A stretch of DNA of 64,000 nt, from contig CAVNZM010000003.1 in assembly GCA_963693365.1 (NCBI GenBank), forward strand, positions 13,111,252 to 13,175,251. Reading direction: 5' to 3'. Below are positions 46,715-59,200 of the stretch, piece after piece. This DNA comes from Amoebidium appalachense. Taxonomy: Eukaryota; Protista; Ichthyosporea. Made by a program: the position numbers and the translations under genes. The notes under the pieces were generated by a model. It made no database searches, was not told the DNA's origin, and saw only the letters and a program-made list of their open reading frames with translations. Positions within the stretch are counted from its first letter, which is position 1, and each line of letters begins with the position of its first letter.

Positions 46715-48404
46715 TTAGCCCAAGGGAAGGGATAGGAACTCGTGGACCCAGGAGGGGAAGGGGCAGGGCTCCGGTTGCAGGGAAGGTCGGAGTCGTCGGG
46801 CCCGGGGAAGTTGGTTACGAGAAATGGCATCGGCCAGATGGTTGAGGGGTCCTGGTAGGTAGGATGCCTGTAACGTAAATTGGTATTGCATTTCCATGCG
46901 GGTGATGAACCGAATAAGTTTGGCCATCACGGGCCCGGGGTGGGGGGAAGACCGGGAGTGCAGGTCAGACACAGCACCCGTGTTGTCGCATAAAATACGG
47001 ACATGGTGGGTGGACCAGGAGGGGGCCCAGAGGGCCACGGCGGCTGCGATGGCCAGGAGTTCGATGACGGAAGAACCGAGTTTACCCTCATGAGCATAGA
47101 GGGCTTGGGTGGAGGGGGACCAGGGCATGAAGAACCATTGGTCGAGCCAGTGGCCACCTAGACCCACCGATCCGGCAGCATCAGTGGCCAGGGTGGTGTA
47201 TGTGGGGGGTGTGATGAGGTGCACCCCATTCCATGATGTGAGGAACTGGTGCCATTCGGCTATGTCGGCCCGGGCGGCAGCAGTCAGTCGTATGTGGTGG
47301 TGGCCGGCAAGGTGTGGGTGGGTCCGGAGAAGGGCCCATAGGCGCTGGGAGAAGGCCCTCCCGGGGGGAACCAGCTGGGCACACCAGGTGAGTTTGCCGA
47401 GGAGGGACTGGAGGTCCCGAATGGTGATGGTGGGCTTTGGGTGGGAAGTGAGGTCGAGTAGGTCCGAGAGCTTGGAAGCCGGGATTCGTGCCTCCATGGC
47501 GATGGAGTCGAATTCGATACCGATGAAGACGACACGGGTAGCCGGGCCCTGCATCTTGTCTTCGGAGATGGCAATGTGCAGCTCTCGGCAGAGTTGCAGA
47601 AAGGTGGATAGGTGACGTTGGCACTGCTGTTGTGTGGGGGCGACTATAATCCAGTCGTCTACGTAGTGGCGGATGAGGGTAATACCGTGCTGGTGTGCCA
47701 GCCACTGTAGGGTGGCCGCGATCCGTTCTCAGATGGCTGGGCTAGATTTCAGGCCGAAGGGCAGTCTGGTTTCAACGTAAAAATGCCCTTGGCATTTGAA
47801 TGCCATTAAGTGGTGGTCTTCCGGTCGGATGGGCATGTGCCGGAAGGCAGCCTGCACATCTGCCACGGCCATGTAGCAGCCGGGGCCTGCGTCGAGAATG
47901 AGTTGGGTGACATCCCGGGCGCGAATGTACTGAAGTTCGTCGGGGTAGGTGATGCTGTCATTGACACTGCTACCCCGGGGCCAGGAGAGGTGGTGGATTC
48001 GACGGTACTTGGGGGGGTTCCCTTTCTTGGTAACGGCGCGGATGGGGGAGGAACGGTGGACGGGAAATTCGTCAAAGAATTGGGCCGGGGAGAGGGGGCC
48101 GCGCAGGTGGCCGAGGGCGACTTCTTTGGCAATATCCACCGTGATAGCGGCAGCTGCCTCCGGGGTGGTGGGTAGGTTGGGGCCCACCCGAGAGGTGGAG
48201 GGGCCGCGATAGCCGATGTCGACGCCGAATTCGACATCGTGGAGGAGTTGTGCGGCGAATGGTTGGTCCGGGTAGGAGGCCAGCAGTTCCCGGAGGCGGG
48301 AGGTGTCAATGTGGTGCTGGGGCAGCGGGCGGGCCTCCGGGTCTGAGCCTCGGGGGAAGGGGGTGGTTAGCAAGGGTGGTGTACCCTTGGGGAGATCCCG
48401 GCAG

Positions 48405-48452
<48 letters not shown>

Positions 48453-48547
48453 CAGGGCCCCGGGGGGTTAGAGTAGGGCAGCTTGGCCCAAGTGAGGGTT
48501 GGCAGGGAGGGCAGCGGGGCCTTGTGCAGGGGAATGTGCCCGAGCAC
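46715..48547 (-). pseudogene. RT/RNase H of Ngaro copy C with a premature stop
   Basis: TGA at 47729-47731 where copy B has TGG (SSPAIW); 6-bp in-frame insertion near 46930. Confidence 0.88.
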
Positions 48548-48845
48548 GCGGGGGTGTGGGCGGACACAGCGGTAGAAGAAGGGGGGGGGGAGGGAGTGCT
48601 AGGTGAGTGTAAGGGGGGGAGGCTCGTGGGATGGGGGGGGGGGGGAGTAAAATTATGTGCAGTGGCCAGAATAAACGTCTTTGTATAGGGACATTTATTC
48701 TTGACGCGCGCGGGCGCCGTAGTTGGCCTGCGAAATTTTGTACTCAGCCCTATTGGCCCGTTCTCCCGAGCTCCGTTTCCCTGTACTCGTGTGTCCTAGC
48801 TCCGAACCCCTATGTTCTAGCTGTGTGTGTGGGTGTGCGCGTAGA

Positions 48846-50015
48846 CTAGGCATTGTGCTTGCAGTCTTTGCGGGGGTGTGTGCCAGAGCAGAGCGGGCAC
48901 ACGTGGGAGAAGGGGCAGGGCTGCTTAGCGCAGGACCGACCGTTAATGTGGAAATTCCTGCAGTGCGTCGCGGGTAGATCCACGGGTCGGGCCGGTTTGG
49001 CCGGGCCGGGTTGCGGGCCAGGGCGGTTAGGGGTGTGACCCCCGCCGGGCTTGTGGGGCGGCTTAAAGCCGTCAAGACCACAGCCGGGCTTGGGGTACAT
49101 GGGGCAGGCCGCGCTGGGGTGGTCGGGGAAGCCACAGCGCTGACATGCGTCCTGGATGAGCAGGGTGGGTGGCAGGAGGAGATCCTGGTGGAGTTGGGCG
49201 AGCAGGTTGGGGCACTCGATCGGAGCCCGACCCTGCTGGTGGGCCACGGTGCGGGCGTATACGTCATAGTTGTGGATCTGGGCCCACGGGTATCGGGTGC
49301 TGAGGCGAGTGATGTGCTGAGTCCAAAGTACGTCTTTGTCCGTGGGAAGGCCGAGGTGGTGCTTGGCGGCCATGTAATGGGTCCAAGCTTGGATCCAAAT
49401 GACGAGTGAACGCAGGGGAACGGGTTTGTCTTGGCGAAAAGTCTCGATGCTGCCGTCGTCGGCCATGCGCAGATGCTGACCTTTCTTGGATGGGGCCAGG
49501 AGGGCGGCGGGGGTGAACTTATACAGGTCGACGAAACGATTGGCGCGCAAATCTGCCAGCACATCCGCGGGGGGAAGCGGGAGTGTGCCCGGCTGAATGT
49601 CGCCAGTGTTCTCACCTGTGATGGGGGGCGCGGGCAGGGCAGGCAGGTCAAGGTCAGGGCCGAGATGCAGCCCCGGGGAAACCTCCCCGGGTGTGGAGGG
49701 CGCGGCGGGGGGCGCGGGAGGGTCGCGGTTGGTGAGAGCAGCCAGGACGCCAGCCATCTGGGTGCTGATGGCGGTGAGGGCGGCCAGGACGGCGTCTTGA
49801 GAAGTCATCTGCGGGGACGGCGGGGCCTGAGGGGGGACTTCAGGGGTGGAGGGGAGAGTAGCCGGCGGGTCCGGGTCCGTGGTGGTATGGGCCGCTGGAG
49901 GCGCGTCAGTGTCCGCGGGAGCGTTGGTCAGCCTGTGGCGGAGGTCGCTGCGGGTCAGGCGCTTAGGTGCCGCGGCAGGGGCGGCGGCTGAGGCCTGGCG
50001 CTTTTTCGGCGGCAT
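48846..50015 (-). CDS. Gag-like ORF1 of Ngaro copy C
   Basis: 389-aa ORF with CCHC knuckle and C-terminal Cys/His finger. Confidence 0.9.
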   Translation of the reverse strand: MPPKKRQASAAAPAAAPKRLTRSDLRHRLTNAPADTDAPPAAHTTTDPDPPATLPSTPEVPPQAPPSPQMTSQDAVLAALTAISTQMAGVLAALTNRDPPAPPAAPSTPGEVSPGLHLGPDLDLPALPAPPITGENTGDIQPGTLPLPPADVLADLRANRFVDLYKFTPAALLAPSKKGQHLRMADDGSIETFRQDKPVPLRSLVIWIQAWTHYMAAKHHLGLPTDKDVLWTQHITRLSTRYPWAQIHNYDVYARTVAHQQGRAPIECPNLLAQLHQDLLLPPTLLIQDACQRCGFPDHPSAACPMYPKPGCGLDGFKPPHKPGGGHTPNRPGPQPGPAKPARPVDLPATHCRNFHINGRSCAKQPCPFSHVCPLCSGTHPRKDCKHNA

Positions 50016-51398
50016 GCTGACCGGCGTAGGGAAAGATAGGGAGAATGAAAAGGAGTGAAAAGGAATATATAGCTGTAAGGCTGTGGATGCTAAACACAGA
50101 AGATGTTGAAAAGGAATATATAGCTGTAAGGCTGTGGATGCTAAACACAGAAGATGTGTTTGTAGCTTGCTGATCTGCTAAAAACTGTCGTGCTTATATA
50201 CCTAAGCCTACCGATCTGAACCAATCAAAAATCGATCTAGTGATATGTGAAATCTGATCCGAGCCAATCATAACTCGGTCTAGTGATCTGTGGTATCTGA
50301 TGTTTTGACTGGCTAATAGGTGCCCGTGTGCGGGCAGCCAACCGCTAACTGCTAAAACACGAAATGAAGCCTACATGGTTATGTTGGTATCGAACACCCA
50401 TCCTACGTGTTTACCCAGAAAAATATTTATGTCAATAATTTCCACAAATAAAACCTCAACGAAGACGTTGGGACGTAGTTGATAATTGGTAGAGCGCGGT
50501 AAAAAGAGCCTCGCAGTCGTATGGAAACTAGGAAAACTTTTTCAGGAGCTTTTGTGAAGCCCCCCGGTCACTCCTGAGCCAGTTACGTTATCGGGAAACC
50601 CAGACAGGTCCGTTGAAGTCGGAGCGTACATTGTAAAGCCCTTTGTACGGCACAAACATACCCCTTTTTGCACCTGTAACCACACACCCTTTTTGCATGC
50701 ATTTTTTCCTTACGCTGGGCAAAAATTTTAGCGGGCCACTTTCACCATGAGGAACGAAGAGGTAGAGGGTCTTATTGGTGATTCTTCAGACGAGGAGGAA
50801 ACAATAGAAAGACAGCCAACAATCGTAGATTTAGGGCAAGAACACCACCGCCGGCCACGCAATGCCAAAGTATCAAACGGGGTGTACACGGGGGCCTGTG
50901 GCAAACCGTAGCGCAAACACCTAGAGAAGTCACACCCCGCACAGCACCAAAGCTTAACGTAGCCATTTTCAGCGAAGCAATGGAGTTGGCCCGATCTGTT
51001 TTGGAACCAGTTAAGGAGTTTCTGCCCTTTGTAAAGCATGACGTCACACAACCTGCCACGCTGGCGCAGGGCTGGAAATTGTAGGCCGTACGCTGCCGCG
51101 TCACATGCGACAGCATGCGACCCCCGTATCATCAGTACGTATAATGGTGCATATGGACTAAATACTAGTGAGCCTTTATATCAGGCTTTATTATAAAGAA
51201 ATATGTTAGTATTTGTTTTATTCAAAATGTAGTTAGAAATAATGTATTCCGCGAGCACCTGTAGCTACTTTTGCCTGCAGGCAGTGTGTAAATATATCCG
51301 GCACCGCCCCAAAATGTGCATTACAGTACACGGTGCTCATACTTACGATGGGAAATTCACTCCTTTCCCCCTCTCATGCCCCCCCGCCCCTGTCACAG

Positions 51399-51436
<38 letters not shown>

Positions 51437-51542
51437 CCCCCCCCCCCCCCCCCCCCCTCCCCCCCTCCCCTCCCCCCCCTCCCCTCCCCCCCTCCCCCCC
51501 CCCCCCCCCCCTCCCCCCCCCCCCCCCCCCTCCCCTCCCCCC

Positions 51543-51576
<34 letters not shown>

Positions 51577-52169
51577 CCCCCCCCCCCTCCCCCTCGCCGA
51601 TCTCCCCCCCTTACCTAGTGCAAATATATCCTGAATTGACCACAACGCATTACTATGCGTACGTACACTTTTTTAATTTTTCTCTTTTTATATAGCTATC
51701 TGTCTGTATTCTATGTATAAGTACAGAAGAAAGATTGAAAGCACGTATTTGGCAGGCTCATAGTAGGTATGTGGTCCATATTGCTTGGCAATAATGAGGT
51801 GATTGCGGTGGGGCCTGACATAACTGTGGCTAAGTGTGCCGTGTGATCATGAAATGGGCCTGAAATGGTGCAAAATTTTCCGATAATATCCCCCGTATAT
51901 CTACATCGATTTGCATTTGATTGATGAAGAGTCATCCAGGGCTCTACACCTCTCAGGTGGCTATTGCTCAGACGGCAGCTTTTTTTTGGAAAAAAAAGGG
52001 GGGGGCATTTGAAAAGAAATTTTGGCGACATTATCTGCATTACAATTGTAAAAGAAAGGGCAGTGGGATACTGTGTACACCATGGCCATTCACTAGGCTA
52101 TCTCAGGCGGATATCTACTGAGGAAAGGTGTGTGCCTCCCTGTTCATTCGCGGTCCCAAACCCCTAAAC

Positions 52170-53227
52170 GATTGGCCAAGAGCGCACCAGGATATACGGA
52201 ATTGGAGACCCCGACACAGTGCATATGTTTCAAACGGATGATCGACCGTCGGGTGGAGAGTGCAGGCAGGTGTCTTCGGTTATTTCGGGATGTGTATCTT
52301 GCTACTCTTTCTCATACTGTCCACCTATACAATCGTCTTAGTATATTTCGCACATATATTCGCCCTTTGTCGGAATACGGGTTGCCCTTACTAGCTATGG
52401 CACCCCCTGATACTGTTACTAATGTGCTCAAATCATTAGATGATTTCCATTACATAACTTGTTGTATGTTTCTCACTGGTCTTTCCACACCTATCCCTAG
52501 ACGCCTTTTTGATTCTCTCTACGCACTCACACCACCATCACAACGCGTACACGAATTAGCCCTTAAATTTCACGAGCACATCACCCGCCTGTCCGCTTGT
52601 GCCCCGGACCACCCGCTCTTCCGGCTACACGCATCCCCGCCGGATTCGCCCCTCTACCTCTTCCCTTCCCCATCGTCTCTGCCCATTGCTGAGCGCTATG
52701 TGGAATGGCTGGCGACCCCCCCGGAGGTACGGCTAGATCATAGTGTGAATATGAATAGTTTCAAGTCTATGGCTGATAGATATCTTTTTACTCTACGTGT
52801 TGAGTCCCTTCCGGTGTTAGGACCGCAAAAACACCAACTACTAGTAGCCTATATGGCGGATACGGTTAGAGAGTCTCGTTCATACATAGATTTGTTTATT
52901 CGTAATGTGGTGTGGTGTAAAAACGCAAAGATGATTATGGCTTGGCGGTGTAATCGGTTTCTGGTGTCTCCTGCTCGTATGTGTAATATGTGTGGGGGGC
53001 GGTTTACTCGCGGCTGCATATCTATCAATAAATGCAACCTGTTAGCTAATGTATTAGAACCGGAGGTTATTGGCGGTTTTATTCTCTTTTCTTCCTCTCT
53101 TCCTCAATATATCCGTTTTAAGATGACTATCCTAGATCACCTTATTAATGCTGCACAGTATGATATTGTGATCCGGTGCCTTAACTTTCTTTCGGAGCTA
53201 CCGATGCTAGCATCTGCTTACCCATAA
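52170..53227 (+). mobile_element. Diverged 5'-truncated relative of the non-LTR family (RT thumb plus C-terminal Cys domain)
   Basis: RLSIFRTYIRPLSEYGLPLL vs RLTFIRTFVFPACEYGLPLL; RVHELALKFHEHITRL vs RVSYLALKFNKHISRL; AWR..C..C..ILDHLIN. Confidence 0.8.
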
Positions 53228-54180
53228 TATGTAATAGGGGTGTCAGATACTACGATGGCGCTCATTGTTGCCTAGCATGTACATATGTCACTGGCTGCAT
53301 TTGATTGGCTGTGCTGGAAAACGCAGTAGGCCGTCGAATGTGGCTGGGCCTCCGGTAATGTCCACGCAATAAAAAGTGTGTAAACCCCACACAGTGCACC
53401 ACTAAACAGAACGTTTCACACCTTTTCGTGGCTTCAAAAGGCTATGCAACCCGAGAACACACAGTTCAGTTCGCTTCCACTTTTCAAATTTGGGCCTTGG
53501 GGTAGCCTTTGGTGGGCTTGCTTTGTGAAGATGGGGCGCCCTGGTAGAATGTGGGGCTCCACATCTGCGTGCACACATCACAAAACATCCTGGCTTCTCA
53601 TCCTTGTGGTTCTGTTGCTGACCGCCCACATCATTTCTGCTGTGAAAAATGGGGCACAGAACAGGTCTTCCTCGCCCATACTATATCCGGAATGTGACGA
53701 CAGTGGTGACGAGGTGGGTGGCTGTTAGTGGCTGTGTCAGTGAATTATGTTTGTGTTTCGCACTTGTACATCTTGCATTGCCCAATGCATTGTGACCTGT
53801 TTGATTAGCGATTCGCAATGACATCTTGCATGGCCCGATGCAACGTGACCATCGATTAGCGAATACGTTTTACACAACTCTTGTTCATTGGGTCTCCAAA
53901 TCTATAACCCATCCCCCCCCCCCCCCCCCCCGCAGGGTGGGTTGCCATGTGTATAAGTATACATACATAATAGACGGATCATGGTGATTGCCACGTCTTT
54001 AAAAAACAATATTAACTTTTGTGCTCTAACACAGCTTGTTGAATTCCCTGCTCCACAACCGGCCCCGGTGCCAGATGTGCTGTGTGAGGATGTGCCTGCA
54101 AATAAGAGAGCAGTTAGTAAATCTGCCTGCAACCAACCCCCCTTGCCCGGCGCCTCACCGATCTTGGGTTCACCGCAGCC

Positions 54181-54586
54181 ATGTCAACGAGGGCCGCGAC
54201 ACGTCACCTACGCACCATTACAGTGGACGACATTGAGAGCCCCGGCCACATAGCCGACTATCACATGTTTTTGGAAGATCACATAGACCTGCGGCAGGAG
54301 GCACCTCGATATCGGCGCGATGGCGAGTTTGCGGGCCACGTCGGCGACCTTATGCTTGCAGCAGCAGTGAATGTGCTTGGCGTGCCCACGACTGTGTTTT
54401 CGTCAACTGCAAACTATCCGTGGTTTACTGTCCAGCCTCGCTCTGCAACCATTAACACTGGCACAACATTCTACCTTGCCTACAACAGCGGCACCGTCCA
54501 TTACGACATCGCTCGTCCGCGGCCCGACGGTGATGTTCTGGAGCCACCAGTGGCAGAGGACAACAGCAAAGACCAAGGGCCCGAAG
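54181..54586 (+). CDS. OTU-like protease fold, C-terminal half (exon; gene possibly decayed)
   Basis: GEFAGHVGDLMLAAAVNVLGVPTTVFS...FYLAYNSGTVHYD; donor gtaat at 54587; catalytic Cys motif not found. Confidence 0.6.
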
Positions 54587-55467
54587 GTAATAAATATATG
54601 GTAACCGTTGTGTCATAATGCAGTTTTTCAGTGGTTTTTCACGAGGCTGCTTTTTTTATGTTAGAGAGAGAGAGGGGGGGCCCGGGGGGGGGGGGGGGGG
54701 GGGGAGGGGGGGGGGGGCGAGGGAGGGAGAGGGTCATGGGGGGAAGGGGGGGAAGGGGGGGGGGGGGGGGTTAGGACATGGCGGGAAACACAGGGGATTG
54801 GTGTGTTGTATGGGTGTGTGGGAGTGTGTGAGAGTGGGGGGGAAAGGGGGGGGGAGGGGGGGGGGGGGGGGGATAGTCTCTGCTACGTTTGCAGGCACCA
54901 TGTTTGCAAGGCACAAAAGGTGCTGACTACACATTCTTTGTGCACAGGGATGCATGAACCGGACCAGTCGAGTGGTGATGAGGATGGCGGTCGCCGTCCT
55001 TCATCCGGGGGAACCACCTCACATGATGCTGGGGCCACCTTCCATAACGGTTCAGCGAGTGAGGGCAACACTACATCTCATCAGAAGGAGTTATCTGCCT
55101 CAGAGACTGGTAAGATGGCGACATGTATTGGCAGCTCTGCTCGTGAAATCACATATATACCTGCCCTTTCCTACCAATACCTTCCCCTCCCCGCCACAGA
55201 GTACTCACATTCCGTCCCCCCCTCATCCCCCCCCCCCCCCCCCACCCCCCCCCCCTCTCCCCCTCTCTCCCAACCCACCGGTGTCATAAAAGGCAAAGCC
55301 ACCTCCATATCTGACACCACACACGTAAGTACAAATTTGGACTCAGCTCCACACCGGCAATGATCCCCCTTCACCCTACATTAATTTTTGCCAAACCGTC
55401 ATAAAACCCGATTGTGCAATCCGAAGACTGACCAGATTCCCCCTTCCCCCCTCTTCTCCCCCCCTCC

Positions 55468-56213
55468 TGTTGTTTTGTACGGGTCTAAGGGAGCAGAGTG
55501 CACAGAGGTGTCATGTAAAACACGACTAACACATTAATGAGAGGGCAATCGGAGTTGTTCACGAGACATTGAAAGATTTCAAACAACAACTGAATCTTTA
55601 TTGTGCTCTCGGTTCCTTTTGTACTTGCGACTTATCACCTTATCACAACTAAAGAGGGAGAACCAATCGGTTCTATCAGAAGATAGAAAAACACATTCCG
55701 ACAGAGCATACGCATTCCAACTTCCGATTAAACTAAAGTGTAGAAACTCTTACTTAAATAAATTAAGTAATTATACATCTAGTCACTATTAACTCACATA
55801 TATATTTATGTTCGTCTCTATAAAGAAACTTATTTAAATACATATATTTCCTAACAGTCGACACTCTCAAAGTGAAGACACTTTGCAATAAACCAAATTC
55901 CATATATATCTATTGTCCAATCACAACACACATATATTAACAGACAGGAATGCACAACACAATCTACAGATGTACTCGCTCGCGACTATTGGCGAGCCAT
56001 CCTTTTGAGAACAAAACTAAGCCATTTTGAAATAAAGGAAAGACAACGAGTGAGGCTAGCCAATCACGCTACCTCTCAGATAAACAGAGGAGAGCAAACA
56101 GAAATAAAATACAATAAGTTCTTATCAGGCAAGAGAGCCAGGTGTGCACAGATCTACAGATATCTGTGCCCACAGAAACAAGGGAGAGAGAGATACGGGG
56201 GGGGGGGGGGGGG

Positions 56214-56255
<42 letters not shown>

Positions 56256-59200
56256 ACAAAGAAGGAAAGCAGACACGAATACAAACAAGCTAGGACACAT
56301 ACATACTTCAAGGCTCTTGCTGTCATACATGGTGACGTATTCCAACATCCCCACTCAAGGGGTTGAAGTTTGTGTTCTCGTGTCTGTTGATGTGACGGTA
56401 GATGAGGTCCAAACACAGGAGGGGCCGTCACACTCAAGTTTCCCCACTCGAGGATGCAAACCGAAGATCCTTGAGGTGGGAAGGAGAGAATCAAAACTGA
56501 AGAGGCACACAACAACGGTTGCCTCTGAAGACTCGAAATAAGAATTCATGGTGGTTATCGGCGATATATATATATATATAGGAAACACTAGTGTATGTGT
56601 GACGTGTTGGTGGCTAATGGTTTATACTGGGGACCACCCAGGTAAACACAAGGCATGAACATCTTGTGGACTGATTTATAGACTGGTGGTCAACCAGTTA
56701 AGACACGGGGAAGGTGCATCCCGTGGACTAGGTTTAGACTGGCAGTCAACCAGCACGCCATGGCTATAGATAATTATTTATACTGGGACGCCATCCCAGT
56801 TCGACATATATATAAGTCGAATATAGAAGAAAACCAATATATATGGTGGGATATGAATATAAATAAACGACGGATGGTGGAGAATAATCCCCACTGAAGA
56901 TGCACACATATGACGATGTAAGACTGAGTCCCCACTGATGAAGAGAAACGATGAGGAGTAGTAGACTTTCGTTGGGAGGCATCTTGATCACCGTAGGTGT
57001 GTCAACTGCTGTCCAGGGCCCCAACCTACTCAGAAACCACTCGATGATGAACACCAGTGCACGGGTCAGTCACGGAGACTGAGGTTGGCACGGTGTGTGT
57101 CGTGGGCCGGACCAGCCAGAGGCTTGGTGAAGATGTCGGCCAGGTTCTTCTTGGTGTCGATGTAGGTGACAGTGACGTCCCCACTGTTGATGTAGTCCTT
57201 GGTGTTGAAGTAACGAACGGCAATGTGCTTGGTCCGGTGCTTGATGGTGTTGGAGTGGACCAGAGTAATGGTGGACTGATTGTCACAGTACACGGGGGTG
57301 GGCTCGGTCATGGGGTAGCCCAGCTCCTTTAGTAGATCACGGTGCCAGACAACATCTTGCACGGCAGCATTGAGGGCCAGGAGCTCGGCCTCACACGTGG
57401 AAGTTGCAGTGATCGTCTGCAGCTTGGAGTGGTAGGTGACGGGGGAGCCTTCGAGGAGGATGACGTACCCAGACGTGGAACGACGGGTGGTGGGGCAACC
57501 AGCAAAGTCAGAATCCGAGTAGCACTCAAGGATGGGCACCTTGCTGTTGGGGGCCTTCTTCTTGTAGTAGAGGCCGAGGTTGATGGTGCCGAGCAGGTAA
57601 CGAACGACACGGAGGAGAAGCTCCCAGGCAGTCTTGGTGGGCTTGGAGCTGAATCGGCCGAGGTAGCCAATGGCATACGAGATGTCAGGCCGGGAGCACC
57701 GAGCAACCCACAGCAGACGGCCGAGGAGTTCACGGTAGGGGACGGTGGTGGGCAGGGATGAGAGGGAGGTCTCGTTGATGATGGTGCCCACGGGAATAGG
57801 GGTGGCCTTAGGCTTGGCACAGACCAGGTTGAAGTCGGTGATGATGTCCTTGATGTAGGAGGACTGCAGCAGCTTGAGGGAGTCACGGGTGTACAGTAGT
57901 TGGGTGCCGAGGAAGATGTCTGGCAGACCGACCTTGCACTCGGCAGACTTCGTGATGTGACGAACAAGCCCCTGCATGATGGTGGAGTTCCGTGTGCAGG
58001 TGATGATGGCATCATCAACGTAGTTGCCCGAACGGATGATGTGCCCGTTGGGGAACTGACGGAAGTAGACACACGGATCGGAACGGAGACGGGTGAGGCC
58101 GTGGGCAATGAGAATGGAGTTGAAGAACTCGTACCATGCCAGGGATGCCTGCTTGAGTCCGTAGATGGCCTTCTTGAGTTTCCAGACTTTGTGTTCATTG
58201 CCAGGGAGGATAAAACCAGGAGGTTGCTCCATGTACAAAGTCTCGTCGAGGGGGCTGTTGAGGAAGGCCGTGCTGATGTCGAGTTGATGGATCTCGTGGT
58301 CCTGTTGCACACCGAGGGCAAGCAGGGCACGGACGGAGGAGGACATGACGACGGGGGAAGAGTTTTCACCGTAGTCAACACCGTAGACTTGGGTGAAACC
58401 CTTGGCCACACCACGACCCTTGATCTTGGTGTCACCAGCAGAGTTGAGGACCTTCTCCGTGACAATCCACTTGAATCGGATGATGTTGGCATCGGAGGGG
58501 GGCTCAACTACGTCGAAGATGTCCTTGTCGATGAAAGCCTTGTACTCGGCAGTGAGGGCAGTCACCACTTCATCACCCTTGGTGCCAGAGCACAGCTTCT
58601 GAATTGACCGGGGCAGCTGAGACACATCAAGGCTGGGTCGGGAGATGCTCACCATAGCCATGGCAGGCCGAGAGGAGAGACGGGAGGAACGACGGGGGAC
58701 GGTACGGAGGGGCTCAGGGGCCGGGGGGGTGTCTGGGACAGACACTCGGTGGTCGGGGATGGGGGCCTGGAAGCCAGGGATGGGTGCCGTGTTGAGGGGG
58801 GAGTTGGATAACACGGGGCTGGACGGGGCCGAGTGGAACTCCGGAGACCCAGGACGAACCGGGGTGAGATGACCAGGTACGTGGTCATTGACGGCAGGGG
58901 CCGGCAGCAGGGGTTGCTGGCCGGTGGGGGGGGGGGGGTGGGTGGAGCCACGGGGGCAGGTACACGACGGGGGGAACGACGGATAATCACCGACGGAATT
59001 TCATCGTCATCGGAATTGGAATTTCCGGAATGCAGGGATGAATCGATTGAGGTCGTCTGATTGGTGGCCTGCACAGAAATCTGATTGGATGCCGTGGTGA
59101 ATTGTGATTCGTCGAAGACGACATCGCGGTAGAGGTTGACCGTGTTGCCACGTAGATTCATGATCTTGTGGGCTTTGTTGGTGATATCCCAGCCCACGTA

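Larger units (their letters stand above)
44939..50455 (-). mobile_element. Ngaro-type YR retrotransposon copy C, full length
   Basis: A1 (50455-~50107), gag, RT/RH, YR, B1 (45598-45509), A2 (45508-45159), spacer, B2 (45028-44939). Confidence 0.95.

Noticed and set aside
50470-50520. tRNA-like ttggtagagcgc
   Set aside because: No B box or cloverleaf.
58926-58938. Programmed frameshift in the Copia polyprotein
   Set aside because: It falls in a G homopolymer in an assembly full of unreliable homopolymers, and lies between IN and RT; an error or private indel is more likely.
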